Below, one piece after another: positions 62,550-64,000 of a stretch of DNA of 64,000 nucleotides. A program made the translations under genes and the position numbers. This DNA is from an uncultured cyanobacterium (lineage in GTDB: Bacteria; Cyanobacteriota; Cyanobacteriia; Cyanobacteriales; CAWCAG01): positions 64,001-128,000 of the forward strand of contig CAWDOD010000006.1 in the NCBI GenBank assembly GCA_963803805.1, read 5' to 3'. The notes beneath the pieces are model-generated. The model saw nothing but the letters and a program-made list of their open reading frames with translations, did not search any database and was not told where the DNA came from. Each line of letters starts with the position of its first letter. The stretch's first letter is position 1.

Positions 62550-62605
62550 GGGGCGGGTTGATTGAGATTTTGGATAATGATATTGATTTAGCCAAGACCC
62601 GCCCA
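62550..62605. repeat. REP-like inverted repeat
   Basis: GGGCGGGT...ACCCGCCC. Confidence 0.5.
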
Positions 62606-62616
62606 TAAGCAACGCT

Positions 62617-62940
62617 TTACGATGCTAAAGCGATTTGCACCTTTTCTTGCAATTCTCCGCTTTGATACATTTCAATGAGGATATCAGAACCGCCTAAAAA
62701 CTCACCATCAATATAAACTTGGGGAATAGTTGGCCAGTCAGAATATTCCTTAACTCCTTGACGAATTTCTGGATCAGAAAGTACATCAAAAGTTTCGTAA
62801 GGAACCCCCAAAGTGTTAATAATTTGAACAACATTATTAGAAAAACCACACTGAGGCATCAGTTTATTGCCCTTCATGAAAATAAAAATCTTGCTGCTAT
62901 TGACTAGTTCTTCAATTCGTTGTTTAGCTTCTGTACTCAT
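62617..62940 (-). CDS. grxD: Monothiol glutaredoxin (Grx4)
   Basis: PQCGFS, WPTIPQ, GGSDI. Confidence 0.96.
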   Translation of the reverse strand: MSTEAKQRIEELVNSSKIFIFMKGNKLMPQCGFSNNVVQIINTLGVPYETFDVLSDPEIRQGVKEYSDWPTIPQVYIDGEFLGGSDILIEMYQSGELQEKVQIALAS

Positions 62941-62998
62941 GAATTAATTCTCCCTATGGTTTTGCTAATTTTTTGACTGAAAAGTGGAAACTAATCGC

Positions 62999-63250
62999 CT
63001 ATGTTTGAGTTTCCCAAGCTTCAGGGGTATAAGTTTTCAACGCTAAGGCATGAATTGCTTCAGAAGCCATTGCTTCTTTTAAAGCGCCATAGACAAGCTG
63101 ATGCTGCTTGACTCTATTTTTACCAGCGAACTCAGAAGATACTACAGTAGCTTGGAGGTGATCACCGCCCCCTGTTAAATCTTCAACCATTACCTGAGCA
63201 TCAGGTATTTTCGCTTTGATCATTGCTTGAACTTGCTCTTGGCTAACCAT
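62999..63250 (-). CDS. bolA: BolA family protein
   Basis: GGGDH, QHQLVY, IHAL; adjacent to grxD. Confidence 0.93.
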   Translation of the reverse strand: MVSQEQVQAMIKAKIPDAQVMVEDLTGGGDHLQATVVSSEFAGKNRVKQHQLVYGALKEAMASEAIHALALKTYTPEAWETQT

Positions 63251-63323
63251 GAAAGCTTCCCCAATATTCGCACTTTATCATCCACTCTTAATATAAGCCT
63301 TCTCATTGCCCTGTTAAAACTGA

Positions 63324-64000
63324 TCATTGCTCATTGATAACTGAATCATTGATAGGTGGATAAGGAGCATCAACAAAACCTAACTCTAACAATTGCTGAT
63401 AAGCATCTTGTCCCAATTGAGATGTAGGATTTTGGGAACGGACAATTTGGATAAACAAAGGAACCGCTAATTCTGGTTGCTGGTTGCTTTTATGTGCCAA
63501 AGCTAATCTATAAGTAGCATCGTCACGTTTTTGGGCTGCCCTAAAAGCTTTAGCCCTCAAACTATCAGAAACTTCTGTATCAATGCCAGTAAAGCCACTA
63601 GATAACTGCTGATAGAAATTAGTAAGCTGGTTGAATACTTGGCGAGATTCTTGGAATTTTTTGGTAGCGAGGCTATAGTCTTGGCTGTTTGAAGCGTTGA
63701 TTGCTTCGGACATTAAGCGATCGCCTCCCAACAAACTCAAAAAACTATCGGATTGTTTCAGGGGACGGAGTTCATTATTTAAACTAGGATCACCCGCAGG
63801 AAAAGCTATATCTACAAACCCTAATTCATATAGCTGTCGATAAGCTTTAGAACCTAATTCTGTAGTAGGATTTTGGGAGCGAATAATCTGGGCAAGCAAA
63901 GGTACAGCTAATTCTGGTTGGTTATTAGAACGATGTACTAAAGCTAATTTGTAGGTAGCTTCGTCCCGTTTTTGGGCAGCAGCTAGGGCGCTACCTTTTT
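63324..64000 (-). CDS. Hypothetical TPR-like protein with tandemly duplicated domain, 5'-truncated by window edge
   Basis: Frame open to the edge; RDxATYxLALxH..QPELAVPL..I.RSQNPT..LG..AY.QL.ELGFVD occurs twice. Confidence 0.85.
   Translation of the reverse strand, partial: KGSALAAAQKRDEATYKLALVHRSNNQPELAVPLLAQIIRSQNPTTELGSKAYRQLYELGFVDIAFPAGDPSLNNELRPLKQSDSFLSLLGGDRLMSEAINASNSQDYSLATKKFQESRQVFNQLTNFYQQLSSGFTGIDTEVSDSLRAKAFRAAQKRDDATYRLALAHKSNQQPELAVPLFIQIVRSQNPTSQLGQDAYQQLLELGFVDAPYPPINDSVINEQ

Overview
Chromosomal window from a cyanobacterium, judged from isiA, a Tab2-family gene, a GUN4 domain, Uma2, frequent HIP1 GCGATCGC octamers and heptamer tandem repeats. It holds about 60 genes. Housekeeping genes include ctaA/ctaB, panD, gap, clpS, acnB, an ftsL-like gene with ftsI, transaldolase and grxD-bolA. 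There are also transporters, cyclic-nucleotide signalling genes and iron/redox stress genes. I found no rRNA, tRNA, CRISPR array, transposase or reverse transcriptase. Most notable: (1) an accessory segment at 19.4-23.2 kb where a two-repeat helical protein of unknown function lies just downstream of an alternating 21/42-bp tandem array, a REP-like hairpin and a Uma2 nuclease; (2) a mini-lipoxygenase that still carries the C-terminal stump of a catalase-related allene oxide synthase; (3) a ComFB protein fused to a small domain whose stand-alone paralog is the adjacent convergent gene; (4) a DUF4278 / DUF4278-PirA tandem with an upstream NtcA box, including one ORF the track missed; (5) a frameshifted Roco gene with near-identical 69-bp LRR repeats; (6) four single-base lesions (PAS-cyclase, DUF3616, Roco, ftsI) that may be assembly errors. 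All family assignments come from motif recognition, not database searches.
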